Assembly: GCA_918797485.1 (NCBI GenBank)
Contig: CAKKNE010000005.1
Span: 372,001-436,000 of the forward strand
Origin: Pelagomonas calceolata
Taxonomy: Eukaryota
Direction: 5' to 3'
DNA length: 64,000 nucleotides
Positions 61,099 through 64,000 of this stretch are shown piece after piece. Numbering within the stretch: position 1 is the first letter of the stretch; each line of letters opens with the position of its first letter. The position numbers and the translations under genes were made by a program. The notes under the pieces were generated by a model, which saw nothing but the letters and a program-made list of their open reading frames with translations, did not search any database and was not told where the DNA came from.

Positions 61099-62136
61099 AT
61101 GATGGGCTTCATAGAGCCAGAGCAGGCAGAGCAAGCGCCGGCGCCGATGAGGATGGAGCAGGAGCAAGCGGCGGCGGCGGAGAGCGAGGCGGCGCCGCGG
61201 GAAGGAGAAGTCGTCCCGGAGGGGACGGCGGAAGCAGAAGCTGGCGGTATCGTTCTCGCAGAGGAGCTAGAACGCCAGGGCCCGGCGCTCACGAACGAGA
61301 CGCTGCGAGACTGGGTGAAGCGCTGGTGCGACGGCTTCCACGAGGGCCTGCCGCCGATCTCGACGTGGAATACAAGCAAGGTCACGGACATGTCGTGGTT
61401 GTTTGCTGTACGGCAGGGTTGGATGAAAGGCGACTCGTACTATGATTCCTGCGTGCCTGAGACTGCGTCCTTCAACGACGACATCAGCGCGTGGGATACC
61501 TCTAATGTGACGAATATGAGCTGGATGTTCCACAGAGCCTCGTCGTTCAACCAGCCGCTGAGCGACTGGCGGGTCGACAATGTGACGAATATGAGCGGCA
61601 TGTTCGAATGCGCCTCGTCGTTCAACCAACCGCTGAACGACTGGCGGGTCGACAACGTCACGGATATGCGCGAGATGTTCGAATGCGCCTCGTCGTTCAA
61701 CCAGCCGCTGAACGAATGGCGGGTCGACAACGTCACGGATATGCAACGGATGTTCCGCTACGCCTCGTCGTTCAATCAGCCGCTGAACGACTGGCGGGTC
61801 GACAACGTCACGAATATGTACGAGATGTTCGAGGGCGCCTCGTCGTTCAACCAAGCGCTAAACGACTGGCGGGTCGACAAGGTCACTAATATGTGCGACA
61901 TGTTCCGCGACGCCTCGGCCTTCAACCAGCCGCTGAACGACTGGCGGGTCGACAAGGTCACGAATATGCACGCGATGTTCAAAGGTGCCAAGTCGTTCAA
62001 CCAGCCGCTGAACGACTGGCGGGTCAACGACGTCACGATTGTGACCGGGATATTCAAGGGCTCGGCCTTAAAACCCTGGCAGGACGTTGGTGACTCGAAA
62101 CTTAGGTCACAGAAGCCATGCTGCGCCGTCTCGTGA
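61099..62136 (+). CDS. DUF285 (BspA-like) repeat protein, paralog of the 15774 gene
   Basis: Tandem 25-aa repeats 'ASSFNQPLNDWRVDNVT.M..MF'; ends CCAVS. Confidence 0.88.
   Translation: MMGFIEPEQAEQAPAPMRMEQEQAAAAESEAAPREGEVVPEGTAEAEAGGIVLAEELERQGPALTNETLRDWVKRWCDGFHEGLPPISTWNTSKVTDMSWLFAVRQGWMKGDSYYDSCVPETASFNDDISAWDTSNVTNMSWMFHRASSFNQPLSDWRVDNVTNMSGMFECASSFNQPLNDWRVDNVTDMREMFECASSFNQPLNEWRVDNVTDMQRMFRYASSFNQPLNDWRVDNVTNMYEMFEGASSFNQALNDWRVDKVTNMCDMFRDASAFNQPLNDWRVDKVTNMHAMFKGAKSFNQPLNDWRVNDVTIVTGIFKGSALKPWQDVGDSKLRSQKPCCAVS
61492..62040 (+). repeat. Coding tandem repeat, ~75-bp unit, ~7 copies
   Basis: Repeated 'TCGTTCAACCAGCCGCTGAACGACTGGCGGGTCGACAAYGTCACG.ATATG'. Confidence 0.9.
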
Positions 62137-62188
62137 CCCCGCGCCCGCACCATCTAGATATACTAGTAAGATAAATTAACAAAAGTCG

Positions 62189-62758
62189 TCAGCGCACGCG
62201 CACGGCGCCCTTGTTCTTCTCGACCTCGCCGGCGAGCCACGCCTCGAAGCCCGCGCGGTCGCCGTGCTTCGCGGTTTTCTTCTCCCGAAAGGCCTCCTTG
62301 GCGTCGAACTTCTCGAGCTGCGCCGCGCGCCAGCTTTCTAGTTTCGTCACGTAGCGGTCGAATTCATCAGCCGTATAGAAGGCCTTCTTGCCGTTGATCG
62401 CCAGCACCTCGACGTCAAAGACCAAATCAGCGTCCTCGGGGATGACGGGCGGGTGGCCCTTCTCGCCGTACCCGTAGTCCGACGATATTTTTAGAGTGGC
62501 CCGCTGGCCCAGCGACAACTTCATGACGCCCTCGTCCCAGCCCTTGATGACCTGGCCCGTGCCGATCGTAAATTCGAACGGCTTGTCCCGGTCCCTCGAA
62601 CTGTCGAACTTCGAGCCGTCCTTCGCCAGCGTTCCGGTGTAGTGCATGCGCAGCGTGTCGTTCTTCTTCGGGAACGTGGCGCCGTCTCCTGGTTGTGCAG
62701 TGGCGCAGGTCGTGTCGACCTCGACGCCGCGCTTGAATTTTTCCGTGAGGGCGGCCAT
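62189..62758 (-). CDS. FKBP-type peptidyl-prolyl isomerase with a C-terminal extension
   Basis: '[39 protein letters not shown]', '[19 protein letters not shown]'. Confidence 0.93.
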   Translation of the reverse strand: MAALTEKFKRGVEVDTTCATAQPGDGATFPKKNDTLRMHYTGTLAKDGSKFDSSRDRDKPFEFTIGTGQVIKGWDEGVMKLSLGQRATLKISSDYGYGEKGHPPVIPEDADLVFDVEVLAINGKKAFYTADEFDRYVTKLESWRAAQLEKFDAKEAFREKKTAKHGDRAGFEAWLAGEVEKNKGAVRVR

Positions 62759-63173
62759 GGTCTTGCGTCGTGTGCTGCTCTATCTGTCGCTGCTTATTGT
62801 CTGTCGCTGCTTTATCGTCTGTCGCTGCCTTAGCGTGTCGCGGTGGCGGCGTGGCGCTCTCGGGCTGGAGAGCTGGTGTTGTTGTTGTGATGCAGGCTTC
62901 AAGCGCTCGCGAGCTCACGCTGCGTATAGTAAGCAATGCAAATGCAACACCGTGTGATTGTATGAGAGCTTGCAGCGTGTTTTTTAGAACTCGACGCCAA
63001 AAAGTTGCTAGCGGCAGTAACACACTAGCCATTCGAAAACTGTGCCGGCTTATAGATTGATTACAGGACCTGCAGGGCAGCTGCAGCCATTAGAATTGGC
63101 GCGTCGATCACTCCTCGCAGCCTACTAATCGCATCACGCGAAGAGAGCCGCTTCTGAGGCCAGTCTCACAACC

Positions 63174-63722
63174 ATGGCCGCCGACGCCGTCTCCATCCGC
63201 GTTAGGGTAGGCGACCGCGACCACGCCGTGCTCTGCTCGAGCGGCATGCTGGTGGACGAGCTCCGCTACGTGCTGGGGAGCGCCTTCGAGGTCGACGCGG
63301 CGCACATCGCGGGCCTCGTGAGCGACGCGGGCGTCTGCAGCCCGCTGTCGCTGGTCGCGCGGGCGCCCCAGGCCTTTGCGTCCAACACGTACACGCTGCT
63401 GGTCAAGCCCGAGGCCTTCACGGAGAGTAGTGCGGAGCCGGCCCAGCCGCCCCAACCGACGCCGCTCGCGACGATCGCCGGCGCCGCCAACTTAAATGCG
63501 GTCGACGTCGACGACGCGATGGCCATATTGCGGGAGCAGAGCGACGCGAGCGGCCGCCTCGACAAGGCGGCCTTCGTCGTGGGCCTCGAGGCGGCGCTGG
63601 GGGACAACCAGACGCCGCGGAGCCGCGCGGCGCTCGCGGCGCTCTTCGACGTCGTCCGCTCGCGCACGGCGATCCACGCGGCGACGCGCGTGCCGCCGGA
63701 CTGCGTCCGCGCGCGCGCGTAG
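63174..63722 (+). CDS. Hypothetical protein with an EF-hand-like segment; 3' structure uncertain
   Basis: ATG ORF; 'SDASGRLDKAAF', 'LAALFDV'. Confidence 0.5.
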   Translation: MAADAVSIRVRVGDRDHAVLCSSGMLVDELRYVLGSAFEVDAAHIAGLVSDAGVCSPLSLVARAPQAFASNTYTLLVKPEAFTESSAEPAQPPQPTPLATIAGAANLNAVDVDDAMAILREQSDASGRLDKAAFVVGLEAALGDNQTPRSRAALAALFDVVRSRTAIHAATRVPPDCVRARA

Positions 63723-64000
63723 ATGCTGTCGCGCCTAAGGCCCTTTTTCGTCGACGGCGTCGTCATAAATCACATTACTCACACCTAAGAAGGACTCACC
63801 ATTTGTTGCCGAGCGACAGCGACGAAGAAGCCGAAGTGTCCGCGTCGGGCACGCGGTGGTGCCGCGTGTGGAGCCGCGGCCGCAGCGCCGCGCGCTGTGC
63901 AGGGTCGTCGCTGGCCCGTGGGTCGTTGGTCGGCGCTTCGTGCACCTTGAGAAGTGTCGCCGCGACGCGACTCTGGGCCTCGTCGCGGCTCTCCTTCTCA

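Noticed and set aside
61492..62040. Regular repeats resembling a CRISPR array
   Set aside because: In-frame 75-bp coding DUF285 repeats with no unique spacers and no cas genes; eukaryotic context
62781..62830. Three short TCTGTCGCTGC-containing tandem repeats upstream of FKBP, and a similar duplication at ~54295-54350
   Set aside because: Simple local slippage duplications with no evidence of function
1..64000. tRNA or rRNA genes
   Set aside because: None recognised by eye; tRNAscan-SE/Infernal would be needed to exclude them

Overview
GC-rich, very compact eukaryotic nuclear DNA with about 38 protein genes, short GT-AG and GC-AG introns, and convergent genes only a few bp apart. The gene content and the ~200-bp TIR-bearing introns suggest a stramenopile alga, probably a pelagophyte (inference, not a database result). 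Recognisable genes include an OTU deubiquitinase, GT8, U-box, CRAL-TRIO, GT90, a TKL kinase, CstF-77, F-box/WD40, ALDH, a double-domain HSF, REX4, HTATSF1, two Tweety-like paralogs, RPL37A, POR, an RsuA-like synthase, BT1, bestrophin, FKBP and two DUF285-repeat proteins. Highlights: (1) a family of introner-type DNA elements with 15-bp TIRs and 8-bp TSDs that create precisely removable introns (7890, 16535, truncated copy at 55123), with an empty-site paralog in the same window; (2) a head-to-head pair of a PhyH dioxygenase::class-V PLP enzyme fusion and a BADH-like ALDH, a candidate three-step mini-pathway; (3) a recurrent GCTAGC..GTAAGACACTAG motif in about 10 mostly divergent promoters; (4) a recurrent ACGCCRTCGMCGCG intron/UTR motif; (5) a Cys-less LOV protein, a bacterial-like duplicated-domain protein and two apparent deletion junctions.
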